Part shown: piece by piece, positions 19,839 through 29,750 of the stretch | Layout: every line of letters begins with the position of its first letter | How positions within the stretch are numbered: the stretch's first letter is position 1 | Source: Cenarchaeum sp. | GTDB lineage: Archaea; Thermoproteota; Nitrososphaeria; Nitrososphaerales; Nitrosopumilaceae | Reading direction: 5' to 3' | Assembly (NCBI GenBank): GCA_963693095.2 | Contig: OY843768.1 | Location: forward strand, 1,472,001-1,536,000 | DNA: 64,000 nucleotides | Notes under the pieces: model-generated | Database searches by the model: none | The model's input: the letters and a program-made list of their open reading frames with translations, nothing else | Told to the model about the DNA's origin: nothing | Translations under genes and position numbers: made by a program

Positions 19839-20492
19839 CTAGAATTTGCCCTGTGAGCCGCCCTGCCGCCGCGCGCGCATTCGCGCAAGCGGGATCTTTG
19901 ATATGGGGACAAAGAGTGATGAGAGGCCGGCGATCTTTATGATGACCGAGGCGCCATAGAGTATCGAGGCCGGAAAGACAAGCGAGTACCACCCCAGGAA
20001 CTCGCCGAGTGCGAGGAGCGCAAACCCGCACGCGACAAATATGGCGCCCTTGTTGCGCCGTTCCATGTAGGTGAGCAGCGTCTCGATCGCGCCATAGACC
20101 AGGAGCACAAACGAGACGGACTTGAATATGTGCTCGAGGTTGACATACGAGAGAAAGAGCGGCGGAAAGATGACTATGGACCGCAGTGCCCTGTCACGCG
20201 GAAGAAACGACCGTATTCCGTGCGAAAATGCGATAAAAAAGTATCCGGTCATCTGCATGCCGTTGCCGAGTGTCTGTGCCCATTGTGCCCCAGGCTCGCC
20301 CGGCGCGACGCCCATTGCCGCAGTGCCGGACCACACGACAAAAAATCCTGCGCCTATCGCAAAGAACGCAATTGTCATGCGGAACATTGCAGGGCTTCCC
20401 GTGCCCCTATATGCCAGGTACGACATTGCGCCTATGGACATGCCGACGACAAACCCTACCAGGTTTAGCGCGTTGTCTAGCAGTGCCTCCAA
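19839..20492 (-). CDS. Multi-pass membrane protein (about 6-7 TM, internal duplication)
   Basis: Hydrophobic segments; two similar halves (AYRGTGSPAMFRMTIAFFAIG / TYMERRNKGAIFVACGFALLA). Confidence 0.75.
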   Translation of the reverse strand: MEALLDNALNLVGFVVGMSIGAMSYLAYRGTGSPAMFRMTIAFFAIGAGFFVVWSGTAAMGVAPGEPGAQWAQTLGNGMQMTGYFFIAFSHGIRSFLPRDRALRSIVIFPPLFLSYVNLEHIFKSVSFVLLVYGAIETLLTYMERRNKGAIFVACGFALLALGEFLGWYSLVFPASILYGASVIIKIAGLSSLFVPISKIPLARMRARRQGGSQGKF

Positions 20493-20556
20493 CGCGCGCG
20501 GCGCGGCTCCATGCCATATTTAACAAGAACGGGCATTCGCGTGCGCTCGGCTGCCA

Positions 20557-20766
20557 CTAGTCCCAATCATCATCGGTTCCGGCGCGGCGCGCATCAAGGG
20601 TGCCGGCATAGTCGGCAAGTATATCTGAATATGTGGGGTTTGCGTGGGCCACCTCGCGGACATAGTCGCCATAGGGCATGTCAAGGCCGCATGACGCGCA
20701 TGTCACGCGAGCGTATCCAGCGCTAAGCTCGGCGCTTGCCTTGCACTTGTGACACCTGATCTTCAT
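20557..20766 (-). CDS. Small Zn-ribbon protein (69 aa)
   Basis: MKIRCHKC...TCASCG; TATA-like TATAATA about 25 nt upstream on the minus strand. Confidence 0.75.
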   Translation of the reverse strand: MKIRCHKCKASAELSAGYARVTCASCGLDMPYGDYVREVAHANPTYSDILADYAGTLDARRAGTDDDWD

Positions 20767-20814
20767 GCGTGCGCGGCGCGGCGCGTCTCCTATTATACGT
20801 GTGCGATTCCACCG

Positions 20815-20938
20815 GTCGCGACGGGGATGTCGCGGCGCGGGCAGGCGCACCATGCCGGTGTGCGCGCAAAGGCTCCCCAGGGAGCCTGTTGGCCACTATC
20901 GGCTGACTGCCGTCGGTGGGGCCTACGGCCGACATTTT
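20815..20938 (+). ncRNA. Candidate structured non-coding RNA (four consecutive hairpins)
   Basis: Stems 20815-22/20829-36, 20845-51/20857-63, 20870-77/20880-87 and 20887-94/20927-34. G-U pairs favour the + strand. Follows a TATA-like element and ends in ACATTTT. Confidence 0.35.
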
Positions 20939-20990
20939 CACGCCTACGCCAATGGACAGGTTTAAACGGTGGGGCACTTGTGAGCCTGCC

Positions 20991-21245
20991 ATGGGCAAGG
21001 TAGTCAGAATCGGTGGACGCGGCACCTCACGAAGGGTTGCTGAGAAGAGCCCCGACAACTGGTCCGGTGACAGCTTTCGTGACGTCGCGCGCCAGCGCAA
21101 AGAGTCCGCAAAGGACGCATACGTCACGGTAGGCCGAGGCACAAAGAAAGTGAAGTTCGGTGACCTAACCGAGTCGCGCAGCGTATCCGCAAAGGGACGC
21201 TACGTCGTAAGCGGCAGGGGCACCGGGCGTCGAAAGGTAAACTAG
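20991..21245 (+). CDS. Small basic hypothetical protein (84 aa)
   Basis: ATG about 25 nt after TTTAAA (20961-20966); R/K/G-rich ORF MGKVVRIGGRG. Confidence 0.7.
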   Translation: MGKVVRIGGRGTSRRVAEKSPDNWSGDSFRDVARQRKESAKDAYVTVGRGTKKVKFGDLTESRSVSAKGRYVVSGRGTGRRKVN

Positions 21246-21263
21246 ACCACTAGACGCTTTTCA

Positions 21264-23144
21264 TTATTTTGATGACTCGATAGCGGACGCTATGAGTCGC
21301 CCAAGCGCAGAGTTCACGCGCTCGCCGGCAACCCTTCCGCGCAGCCGCTCCATCGCACGACCCATGAGCAGGCCCGTCGCGCGCTCGCGCTGCTCGGCTA
21401 TGGCATCAGCATTCTCGGCGATGATCTCGCCGAGTATTTCATCGAGCTCCGAGTCGCCAATAGTGTGCGCAGTTGCGCACTCGGCTGCAGTCAACGCCCG
21501 TCCTGACATTATCTCCTCGAATATCATCTCGATCGACTCTTTTGCGACCTCTCCACGCGAGAGCATCGCAAACGCGGCATCAACCTCGCTGTCCGGAAGT
21601 GGTGAGTCTAGGCCTCGGCGCCGCAGTGCCGTTATTGTGGAGACTAGGGCCGATGCGGCAAAGTTTGCCTCGATCGACGGGTATGACACTATGCGCTCAA
21701 ATATTCCAAGACGTTCAGAGTCCATGAGCTGCTCGGCGAGCTGCGCGTTGAGCGAGTGTCTTTTTTGGAGCTCGGCGAGCGCGTCTTCCCATGGTTGCGG
21801 GACTGACGCCTGTGCTGCATCAAGCTCATCGCGCGATATTCGTATTGGCGGCACGTCAGTCTCTGGATACATCCTTGCCGCACCCGGCCGCGGCCTGAGA
21901 TAAACCGTCTTTCCGTCCGGCGTCGCCATGCGCGTCTCGGCTGGTGCGCCATGGCGTGCGGCGTTTAGGCGCTCGCGCAGCGCGCGCGCTGCATGCTCGG
22001 TGACTGCTGGCGCGACTGCAACCATGACAAACGCATCGCCCTCGCAGAGTCCTAGGAGCTTGCGTATCTCGCCGACCTCTTCGGCAGATATGCCATGGGC
22101 GGGCAGCTCGTCAGAGTGAAAGACGCCGCGCGCGCCCAGCGGCTTTACGGCGCCGGCGAGCTCGCGGCCGAGGCGAAATCCTGCGCGCGGCTCGAGGGAT
22201 ATCATGCCGGCTAGGCCACGCGCCCTTATGCATACGACAGACTCTCCGCGCGCGAGTGCCTTTTTGAGAATCTCCGAGGCGCTCTGAGCCAGGATGCGCG
22301 TGACATCAAACGTGTCATCCTTGCCAATCTCGGCCATGTCGCGAACCTCCGGCCTTGCGGCAAGCTCGGCGAGCGCCGCATGCCTCTGGGCCTCGTATGT
22401 CACGACGCGCTCGAGCTGGTCAAGCTGCTGTACGCCCTTTACCTCCACTACTGCCCCGTCATCAAGGGAGACGTTGACGTCCTGGCGTATGGAGCCCAGG
22501 CCGCGCCTGACGCGGCGCGTCGAGCGCAGGAGGCGGCCCAGCGCAAGGGCGACTGTGCGCGCGCCTGCACCATCGGTGGCCACAGGAGCGAGGGCGATCT
22601 CGACGAGCGGGATTCCAAGGCGATCAAGGCTGTACGTCCCCTTTTTGCGCTCCCCCTCTAGCCTGCGGGCCGCATCCTCCTCGAGGCAGATCGACTGGAC
22701 GCCGACGCGCATTCCCGCAACTTCTATTGCGCCGCCGGCTGAGACCAACATCGTTCGCTGGAATCCGGACGTGTTCGAGCCGTCGATGACCATCTTGCGC
22801 ATCGGGAGCAGCTCGGCAAACTGGGTAGAGCCTAGCGCAGCGGCAACGGTGAGCGCTATGGCCTTGGCATCAGGATCCAGGCCTCGCGGCGGCATCTCGT
22901 CGCGCTCGAGCGCGCAACTGCTCGCCGGACTTGCGCGGTACGTAAACTCTTGTGCGCGCGCGCCCTCAAAGACTGCGGCGCGGTCATACGTGCCAGTCTC
23001 GCTTGCCGCGGCCCGAAGCCGTCGCGTAAACTCGACGGCACCATCATCGGACTCGACTGGCTCGCATGCGCAAAAGAGCTTGCGCCCCGTGTCGAGCTGC
23101 TGGTGAACCTCGAGGCCGACGAGGAGGCCACGCGGGGCGCTCAT
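21264..23144 (-). CDS. gatE: Glu-tRNA(Gln) amidotransferase subunit E
   Basis: GLEVHQQL, MRKMVIDGSNTSGFQRT, LEEDA, IRQDVNVS and RPRPGAARMYPETDVPP. Confidence 0.96.
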   Translation of the reverse strand: MSAPRGLLVGLEVHQQLDTGRKLFCACEPVESDDGAVEFTRRLRAAASETGTYDRAAVFEGARAQEFTYRASPASSCALERDEMPPRGLDPDAKAIALTVAAALGSTQFAELLPMRKMVIDGSNTSGFQRTMLVSAGGAIEVAGMRVGVQSICLEEDAARRLEGERKKGTYSLDRLGIPLVEIALAPVATDGAGARTVALALGRLLRSTRRVRRGLGSIRQDVNVSLDDGAVVEVKGVQQLDQLERVVTYEAQRHAALAELAARPEVRDMAEIGKDDTFDVTRILAQSASEILKKALARGESVVCIRARGLAGMISLEPRAGFRLGRELAGAVKPLGARGVFHSDELPAHGISAEEVGEIRKLLGLCEGDAFVMVAVAPAVTEHAARALRERLNAARHGAPAETRMATPDGKTVYLRPRPGAARMYPETDVPPIRISRDELDAAQASVPQPWEDALAELQKRHSLNAQLAEQLMDSERLGIFERIVSYPSIEANFAASALVSTITALRRRGLDSPLPDSEVDAAFAMLSRGEVAKESIEMIFEEIMSGRALTAAECATAHTIGDSELDEILGEIIAENADAIAEQRERATGLLMGRAMERLRGRVAGERVNSALGRLIASAIESSK

Positions 23145-24439
23145 GGCGAGAACTCCGATGAGATGCGCTCTAGCATGAGCGCCGTGACGTCCTCGCGCGC
23201 CTCATGCTGTGAGAGCGCCCACATCGCCTTGACTAGTGCGGTCTCTGAAAGCATGTCACGCAGTGGGACGACTCCGAGATTTTGGAGCTCGCGACCCGAC
23301 TCGTACACGTTCATGTTCACCTCGCCCTCACCGCACTGTGAGCACATTGCAACGAGGACACCGCGCCCCACTGCGCGCGATATGGCCTCGTGGAGTCTCC
23401 TGCCGGTGTGGCCCAGGCCTGTGCCCTCTAGTATGATTGCGCGGCAACCGCGTTCGACTAGCGTGTCTAGAATTGCCTCATCCATGCCAGGATGGCACTT
23501 TAGCAGCGCGGCGCGCGCGTCAACGCCGATTCGCGGGGCAGCGCCGTCCCGTGTCCCACATGCGCCCTGCACGGCGCGCTCGACGCCCTTGCGCGTGACT
23601 GTAAATGCCGGCTCGCCGCCGACGGTCTCAAAGGCGCCGCGCGCGCTCGTGTGGCACTTGCGCACGCGCGTGGCCACGTGGCACGAAACGCGCCCGTCTG
23701 AGGCCCCCTCGTGCATGACGACAAAGATGCCGGGTCCGGGTTTTGAGGCGATGAGGCGTGCGGCGGCAATGAGATTCTCGGCGGCATCTGAGGATGGCCT
23801 GTCTGATGACCTCTGTGCCCCGACGAGTGCCACTGGCGTGCTCATGCCGGCGAGCGCAAATGCGAGGTACGAGGCTGTGTGCTGCATCGTGTCCGTGCCG
23901 TGCGCGACGATGATGCCGTCATAGTCTCGGGCAGCACCATGGATCTCGGTTGCGATACGCACCCACATGTCTGGCTCGATATTCTCGGACTGCTCGGACA
24001 TTGCGATTCGCGGCTCGATCGCAGCGAGGGCGCCAAGCTCGGGGACCGATGCGGCCAGGCCGGCCGCATCGAGGGCCGGCGTGACAGCACCGGTGACATA
24101 GTCTATCCTGCTTGCGATCGTGCCGCCTGTCGAGAGCAAGAGTATGCGCGGGAGCGCGGCGCCCTCGCCGCTGCGCGCTTTAGCCGTCGGGGCGCTCGCA
24201 GTGGCCACGGTGCCGTCTTTGCCCTTCTCGAGAACCGTCGCGCCCTTTAGCCTCGAGGACTCGACTGCGACATTGTAGCCGCTTGGGACCTTTAGAACCA
24301 CAATCCCGTCATCACCGCCCTCATAGCGCGGCATTATGCGTCCCGTGATGTCGCCTGCGCGTATTGTGTCGCCCACGCCGACACCCACTGACTCGAGGAA
24401 CGCAAGGGCTGTCTTGCCATACCCGCCGGTGCCGGCCAT
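23141..24439 (-). CDS. gatD: Glu-tRNA(Gln) amidotransferase subunit D
   Basis: SGYNV, LSTGGTIASRIDY, HGTDTM and GAQRSSDRPSSD motifs. Confidence 0.96.
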   Translation of the reverse strand: MAGTGGYGKTALAFLESVGVGVGDTIRAGDITGRIMPRYEGGDDGIVVLKVPSGYNVAVESSRLKGATVLEKGKDGTVATASAPTAKARSGEGAALPRILLLSTGGTIASRIDYVTGAVTPALDAAGLAASVPELGALAAIEPRIAMSEQSENIEPDMWVRIATEIHGAARDYDGIIVAHGTDTMQHTASYLAFALAGMSTPVALVGAQRSSDRPSSDAAENLIAAARLIASKPGPGIFVVMHEGASDGRVSCHVATRVRKCHTSARGAFETVGGEPAFTVTRKGVERAVQGACGTRDGAAPRIGVDARAALLKCHPGMDEAILDTLVERGCRAIILEGTGLGHTGRRLHEAISRAVGRGVLVAMCSQCGEGEVNMNVYESGRELQNLGVVPLRDMLSETALVKAMWALSQHEAREDVTALMLERISSEFSP

Positions 24440-24777
24440 CACGCGCGCGCGTCCCCCAGTGTGTTGTGAAAGCACGTGCCCTCGCCGGTGTGGCACGCCG
24501 GCCCGGTCGGCTCGACCCTGTAGACTAGCGCGTCTGCGTCACAGTCGACGAGTATCTCGGTGACCTTTTGGACGTTGCCAGACTCCTCGCCCTTCATCCA
24601 GAGCTTTGAGCGTGACCTGCTGTAAAACCACGATCTCGACGTCTCCTGTGTGCGCCGCAGGGCCTCGGCGTTGGCATAGGCCAGCGTGAGGACTCGGCCG
24701 CTAGAGGCGTCCTGCACTATAACGGGGACGAGTCCGCCGCCCTTCTCAAAGTCGATCTCGGCTGCGCTGCGCTCCAT
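24439..24777 (-). CDS. hisI: Phosphoribosyl-AMP cyclohydrolase
   Basis: [27 protein letters not shown] and ACHTG..CF motifs. Confidence 0.96.
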   Translation of the reverse strand: MERSAAEIDFEKGGGLVPVIVQDASSGRVLTLAYANAEALRRTQETSRSWFYSRSRSKLWMKGEESGNVQKVTEILVDCDADALVYRVEPTGPACHTGEGTCFHNTLGDARA

Positions 24778-24802
24778 GCGCCATCGGCGTGGCGCATTCG
24801 GC

Positions 24803-25597
24803 TTATAACCTTACAGGGATGCCGCGCGTGCGCAGCTCGCGCTTTACGGCCTCGACGCCCCTGCCCTCATAGTGGAATATCGATGCGGCAAGGGCCGCGT
24901 CTGCGTGGGCGAGAACGTCGGCCATGTGGGCAGCGTTGCCGCATCCGCCTGACGCTATGACTGGAACTCCGACTGCGCGCGAGACGCGGCCGGTGAGGCC
25001 GAGGTCATAGCCCTCGCCGGTCCCGTCTCGATCCACGCTAGTCAGGAGTATCTCGCCTGCCCCCAGCTCTGCTGCGCGGCGTGCCCACTCGATGGCATCC
25101 ATGCCGGTCTGGCGCTTTCCGCCGTATGTGCGGACCTCAAACCACGACCCCCCATCAGGCTCGGCGCCGTCTGGCGCGGCGGCCATGTCATCGTTGCGCC
25201 TCGCGTCTATTGCGACCACCACGCACTGTCGCCCAAAGAGGTCTGCCATGCGGGTCACTAGGTCAGGGTCCTCCACTGCGCGCGTGTTGATGCCGACCTT
25301 GTCAGCGCCATGGAGGAGTATGTCACGCGCGTCCTCAACAGAGGAGACGCCGCCGCCGACTGTAAACGGGATGTCTATTCCGGCAGCAACGCGCGAGACG
25401 AGATCCACGACTGCGGCCCTGCGCTCCTGTGAGGCCGTGATGTCCAGAAAGACGAGCTCGTCGGCCCCGCCGGCACTGTACGAGGAGGCAAGCTCGACGG
25501 GGTCACCGGCATCGCGGATCGACTCGAACTGTGTTCCCTTTACGACGCGGCCATCCCTGACGTCAAGGCATGGTATGACGCGCCGTGTCAGCGGCAT
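24803..25597 (-). CDS. hisF: Imidazole glycerol phosphate synthase cyclase subunit
   Basis: [31 protein letters not shown] and ALAASIFH. Confidence 0.96.
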   Translation of the reverse strand: MPLTRRVIPCLDVRDGRVVKGTQFESIRDAGDPVELASSYSAGGADELVFLDITASQERRAAVVDLVSRVAAGIDIPFTVGGGVSSVEDARDILLHGADKVGINTRAVEDPDLVTRMADLFGRQCVVVAIDARRNDDMAAAPDGAEPDGGSWFEVRTYGGKRQTGMDAIEWARRAAELGAGEILLTSVDRDGTGEGYDLGLTGRVSRAVGVPVIASGGCGNAAHMADVLAHADAALAASIFHYEGRGVEAVKRELRTRGIPVRL

Positions 25598-26298
25598 GCG
25601 GCCTCCTTGGCCTCACGAACGCTCAGCTCCATGTCATATATTGCGCGCCCGAGTATGACGCCGTGTGCGCCGCGCTCACGAACCGAGGTGACATCAGCAG
25701 CACTGGCGATCCCGCCGCTGGCGATGACGTGTGCGCTGCGCGAGCACGCATCAGCCAGCAGGTTTAGCTCCGGACCGGCCATCATGCCGTCACGATCCAC
25801 GTCAGTCACCATAAACTCGGTCAGCCCGTCGGCCATGAACGAGTCCATGGCATCTGTCACCGAGACGCCGGCGCTAGCGGTCCAGCCGCGCATGAGGACG
25901 CGTCCGGCCCTGTGGTCAAGTGAGACGACGACGCGCGAGGGGCCTAGCGTGTCGCGCAGCCAGAGGAGCGCGTCTCTGTCTGCGAGTGCCATCGTTCCGA
26001 GGACTATGCGGTTGCGCGTGCCGGCCGCCGCAATTGCCGCGTTGATGTCGCGCAGGCCGCCGGCGACCTCGACGGGGACGCGCGACTCAGAGGCCAGGCG
26101 CGCTATGGCCTCGGCGTTTGACCCGCGCCCAAGCGTCGCATCAAGGTCGACGACGTGGATCATGTCAGCGCCCTCAGAGGCCCACTGCCTCGAGAACTCG
26201 GCGGGATCATCGCCATATGTGGTGCTCTGGGCGGGGTCGCCCCTGCGCAGGCGCACGACTGCGCCGCCCATGATGTCTATTGCCGGTATCACGATCAG
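25588..26298 (-). CDS. hisA: ProFAR isomerase
   Basis: [24 protein letters not shown] and IASGG. Start is either GTG 26307 or CTG 26298 (CTGA overlap with the hisH stop). Confidence 0.95.
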   Translation of the reverse strand: MIVIPAIDIMGGAVVRLRRGDPAQSTTYGDDPAEFSRQWASEGADMIHVVDLDATLGRGSNAEAIARLASESRVPVEVAGGLRDINAAIAAAGTRNRIVLGTMALADRDALLWLRDTLGPSRVVVSLDHRAGRVLMRGWTASAGVSVTDAMDSFMADGLTEFMVTDVDRDGMMAGPELNLLADACSRSAHVIASGGIASAADVTSVRERGAHGVILGRAIYDMELSVREAKEAACR

Positions 26299-26888
26299 CG
26301 CCGACACGCCCCCACAAAGTTTGCGATCATCGTGCGCCCGGCAGCTCCTGACTTTTCAGGGTGGAACTGCGTGCCCACATAGCTGCCACTCTGCACGATC
26401 GCCGGTATCCGCGCGCCATAGTCGGCCTCGGCTGCTATGACCGAGGCGTCAGCGGGGCGGGCCATGTACGAGTGGACAAAGTAGGCCCACGTGCCCTCGG
26501 GCACGCCGGCGGTGAGCATCGAGTCGGCCCCGAGCTCGAGGCTGTTCCAGCCCATGTGCGGAACCTTTAGGTCCGTCGGGAGCCTGATGACGTCACCGGC
26601 GATGATTCCCAGGCCCTCGAGGCTGCCCTCCTCGCTGCGCTCAAAGAACATCTCCATGCCGAGGCATATTCCCAGAACAGGCACGCCGGCGGCCCACTCG
26701 GCGAGCGCACCGGCGTTGATCGTGCGCATTGCAGGATCAAAGCTGCCCACGCCGGGCAGGACGATCCCGTCATGCGCCCCACGCTGTGCCGGTTCTGTGA
26801 CCGTTTCCACCGTCACGCCGGCGCGCTCTAGTGCGTTGCGTATGCTAAAGAGGTTGCCGGCCCCATAGTCAAGAACCGCAATGGCCAT
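26295..26888 (-). CDS. hisH: Imidazole glycerol phosphate synthase glutaminase subunit
   Basis: DYGAGNL, LPGVG, GICLGM, PHMGWN, YFVHSY and QFHPEKSG. Confidence 0.96.
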   Translation of the reverse strand: MAIAVLDYGAGNLFSIRNALERAGVTVETVTEPAQRGAHDGIVLPGVGSFDPAMRTINAGALAEWAAGVPVLGICLGMEMFFERSEEGSLEGLGIIAGDVIRLPTDLKVPHMGWNSLELGADSMLTAGVPEGTWAYFVHSYMARPADASVIAAEADYGARIPAIVQSGSYVGTQFHPEKSGAAGRTMIANFVGACRR

Positions 26889-26890
26889 CG

Positions 26891-27484
26891 TTACATCGTG
26901 CCCTTTGAGCTTGGCGGCCCGTCGCGTCGCGCGTCTGGAGCGGCGGCCTGGCGGAACGAGAGCGCAAGTGACTTTATTGCCGCCTCGGCCTTGTGGTGCT
27001 CGTTTGTGCCGCGCAGAACGTCAACGTGCGCGCAGCACGCCATGGCCTTTAGCAGTGAGCTGAAAAAGTGCTCAAGGTCCTCGCGCGGCATTCCCTCGAC
27101 GCGCTCTCCGGTGACTTTGAGCGAGACGTGCGAGTGCTGCCTGCGCACAAGGTCAACAGACGCGCGAGCGAGTGACTCGTCCATGGGCGCTGTCATCGAG
27201 CCAAACCTGACTATGGAGTGGCGCTCGCCGAGTGCCTCGTCTATGGTCTCGCCTAGCGCGATGGCCGCATCCTCGGTCAGGTGGTGCGCAATGCCGTCGC
27301 GCGAAGTCGCGCGCATTGTGACGTCGACCATTGAGTGCTTTGCGAACGAGGCGACTAGGTGGTCAAGGAATGCGTCCCCCGTCTCGACTTTCGAGTCTCC
27401 CCTGCCGTCAATGTTGATGCTCACTGTGATGTCCGTCTCGGACGTCTTGCGGTTCCTGTTTGCCTCCCTCGGCCCTGTCCCCAT
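26891..27484 (-). CDS. hisB: Imidazoleglycerol-phosphate dehydratase
   Basis: RKTSETDI, FLDH, HHLTED, MDESL, NEHHKAEA and SSKG. Confidence 0.96.
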   Translation of the reverse strand: MGTGPREANRNRKTSETDITVSINIDGRGDSKVETGDAFLDHLVASFAKHSMVDVTMRATSRDGIAHHLTEDAAIALGETIDEALGERHSIVRFGSMTAPMDESLARASVDLVRRQHSHVSLKVTGERVEGMPREDLEHFFSSLLKAMACCAHVDVLRGTNEHHKAEAAIKSLALSFRQAAAPDARRDGPPSSKGTM

Positions 27485-27685
27485 GGATGCCGGGCGCAGG
27501 CGCCTCGCGATTTAAAATGTTCGAAATGTGCGCAGGCGCGAGATGCCCTCACGCGCCAAGGTGGACGAGTGCGTGACGCTCACCGTGCCGGCCATGACGG
27601 CTGCCGCGTCAGGTAAAAATATGGCATCGCGAGCCGCCGTGCCCGTGCCAGGGGCATTCGGATCGCAGGCCGGCGCGTGGTGCGC

Positions 27686-27814
27686 ATGAGCGCGACTGAG
27701 CCCGTTGAGTGCCCGCGCTGCTCAGAGACGATGAACAGGATGCAGGCCTGCCACCTAGTCTGCCCCAACTGTGGCGCTCACCTCGACTGCTCGGACAAGG
27801 GAAGCTTTTGGTGA
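27686..27814 (+). CDS. CPxCG-type Zn-finger microprotein (42 aa)
   Basis: Below the track cutoff. MSATEPVECPRCSETMNRMQACHLVCPNCGAHLDCSDKGSFW. Confidence 0.75.
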   Translation: MSATEPVECPRCSETMNRMQACHLVCPNCGAHLDCSDKGSFW

Positions 27815-27837
27815 CAGTGCGGCGCAGACGAGCCCGC

Positions 27838-28011
27838 TCACATGCCGGGCCTGTCAGGGACATAGTCTGAGGACATCTCTTGCGCGCGGCCCTTCATCGA
27901 CTCGATATACTCGTCATATCCGGACTCGTACCCGCATGCGCACTTTATGCGCGTGGCGTTCTCGTCAAGCTCGGCGTCACGGTCGCACTCGGGACATCGT
28001 GCCCTGATCAT
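27838..28011 (-). CDS. Zn-ribbon microprotein (57 aa)
   Basis: Below the track cutoff. MIRARCPECDRDAELDENATRIKCACGYESGYDEYIESMKGRAQEMSSDYVPDRPGM; AT-rich element about 25-30 nt upstream. Confidence 0.78.
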   Translation of the reverse strand: MIRARCPECDRDAELDENATRIKCACGYESGYDEYIESMKGRAQEMSSDYVPDRPGM

Positions 28012-28172
28012 CAGCGGGGGCGCACGTGCGACCCAATATTAGCGTGTGCCGAAGCCTAGTCGATCATGCGCTCTAGCCGATCAGCCATGATGCGGCAATC
28101 GCGGGAGGACGCACGTGCCGACCATGTCCACACGGAAAGCCGTTTTGGCCCATTTCAGGCACACGTGGCAAA

Positions 28173-29135
28173 CTAGAGCTCTGATATCGCCTTGCGTATG
28201 TCACGCCTGTCTGGCGCCGAGGGCACGAGGCGCAGGTACTCCTCGAGGTCAGCCTTTGCGCCGTCCTTGTCGCCAAGCCCAATGCGCGCAATTCCGCGGT
28301 TTTTGTGTATCGGCCCAAAGCGCGTCGCGTTTATCGTAATCGCCGCAGTATAGCTGCGCTCGGCGGCAGCATTGTCACCGGCCTTTAGGTAATGGTTTCC
28401 GAGGCCGCGGTGCGCAAGGTAGCAGCGCTCGTTGATCTCTAGTGCCTTTTCATAGTGCCCAATGCACTCGGCGCTGCCAGCCGCATTGAGCATGCCGCCC
28501 AGGAGCGAGTGGGCCGTAGAGTTTGACGCGTCTATCGAGATGGCGTCGCGAAGCATAGCGATGGCCTCATCGTGGCGAGACTGGAGATCCAGCCTCTCGG
28601 CCTCAAAGCACATGCGGTTGGAGCGCGCCTCCTCCTCGCCGCCAAGCGAGAGCGACGGTCCGATGTCAGGGGGCGCGATCGCAATGAGGAGCATGCCGTC
28701 CTCGCCCCACATCTCGGCAAACTGTGACTGCGGGATTGCCCCCAGCTGGAACTCGCCGCCCCCTCCGGACTCGGGGATATAGTGCAGGATCGTCCCCTCC
28801 GAGTCGTCATATCCGGATATGACCGAGGCGTGCTGGACAGTCTCGCGCAGGCCCGGCAGTATCACTATGGGCGGCACGCCGGCATCTATTGAGCGGCGCA
28901 GCGCGGCCATCGACGAGTGGTGAATCGAGCTCCAGAGGCCATGGGCCTCGGCGAGGCCGATGCCCTCGATGAGTATGCTCCCGCGCGCGCCGGCGTACCT
29001 TGTGGCGATCTTGCGCGCCTCGTCCATCGGTATCTCGACGCCCCAGTACCTGCAGACGGCGTTGACTGAGAGCGGAAGGCAGATGTTCTCCTCCTTGACC
29101 CTAGGCACCTCGAGGTCGCGCGCACTTGATGACAA
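28173..29135 (-). CDS. C39-like peptidase domain plus TPR repeats
   Basis: NICLPLS..VCRYWG and HASVISGYD, followed by C-terminal TPRs (AHSLLG, YEKALEIN, AHRGLG, ADLEEYLRLVP). Confidence 0.8.
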   Translation of the reverse strand: MSSSARDLEVPRVKEENICLPLSVNAVCRYWGVEIPMDEARKIATRYAGARGSILIEGIGLAEAHGLWSSIHHSSMAALRRSIDAGVPPIVILPGLRETVQHASVISGYDDSEGTILHYIPESGGGGEFQLGAIPQSQFAEMWGEDGMLLIAIAPPDIGPSLSLGGEEEARSNRMCFEAERLDLQSRHDEAIAMLRDAISIDASNSTAHSLLGGMLNAAGSAECIGHYEKALEINERCYLAHRGLGNHYLKAGDNAAAERSYTAAITINATRFGPIHKNRGIARIGLGDKDGAKADLEEYLRLVPSAPDRRDIRKAISEL

Positions 29136-29182
29136 TGGCAGGCTGCGCGCCCCGTGCGCTATTAAAACCGATCACGGTGCCC

Positions 29183-29737
29183 TCACGCGCGCGCAATCTC
29201 TCGCACAAACGTGGCGAGGAGGCCGGCGCCGTCAGCGGACATCTCGGGGTGAAACTGTGTCCCGTACACGGGCGCGCCCTCTACGCGCACGACCTCAAAG
29301 GCGCACGCATCCGAGGAGGCAAGCGCTGCCATCCCGTCCGGAAGGCGCGCGATCTCGTATGCGTGGCTCTCAAATGCGGCAAGTGTGCCCGAGCAGAGCG
29401 GGTTCTCGGCCATGACCCTGACGGCATGGAGGCCACGGCGCGGAGCCGCCATGCGGCGCAGGGATCCCCCGCGGCACTGTGCGAGAATCTCGGCCCCATA
29501 GCAGACTCCCAGTAGCGGCGTTCCGGCTTGGCACGCCGCACCAATGACGCGCGCGTTGACGGCATTGGAGATGCGGCTCGAAGCTCCACGACCCGAGAGG
29601 ATAAAGGCCGAATAGCGCAAGAGCGATGCAGTGTCTATGCGCGAGGGCACAAGGCGCTCAACCTCGCAGCCAAGGGACGAGAGGTGGGCATCTAGCGCAT
29701 CCGAGTATGCCGAGCCGTTGTCGACAAGGAGGAGCAT
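29183..29737 (-). CDS. Class I glutamine amidotransferase (GMP synthase subunit A-like)
   Basis: LVDNGS, ILSG, GVCYGAE, ESH and GTQFHPE motifs. Confidence 0.88.
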   Translation of the reverse strand: MLLLVDNGSAYSDALDAHLSSLGCEVERLVPSRIDTASLLRYSAFILSGRGASSRISNAVNARVIGAACQAGTPLLGVCYGAEILAQCRGGSLRRMAAPRRGLHAVRVMAENPLCSGTLAAFESHAYEIARLPDGMAALASSDACAFEVVRVEGAPVYGTQFHPEMSADGAGLLATFVREIARA

Positions 29738-29750
29738 GGCGCCCCGGAAC

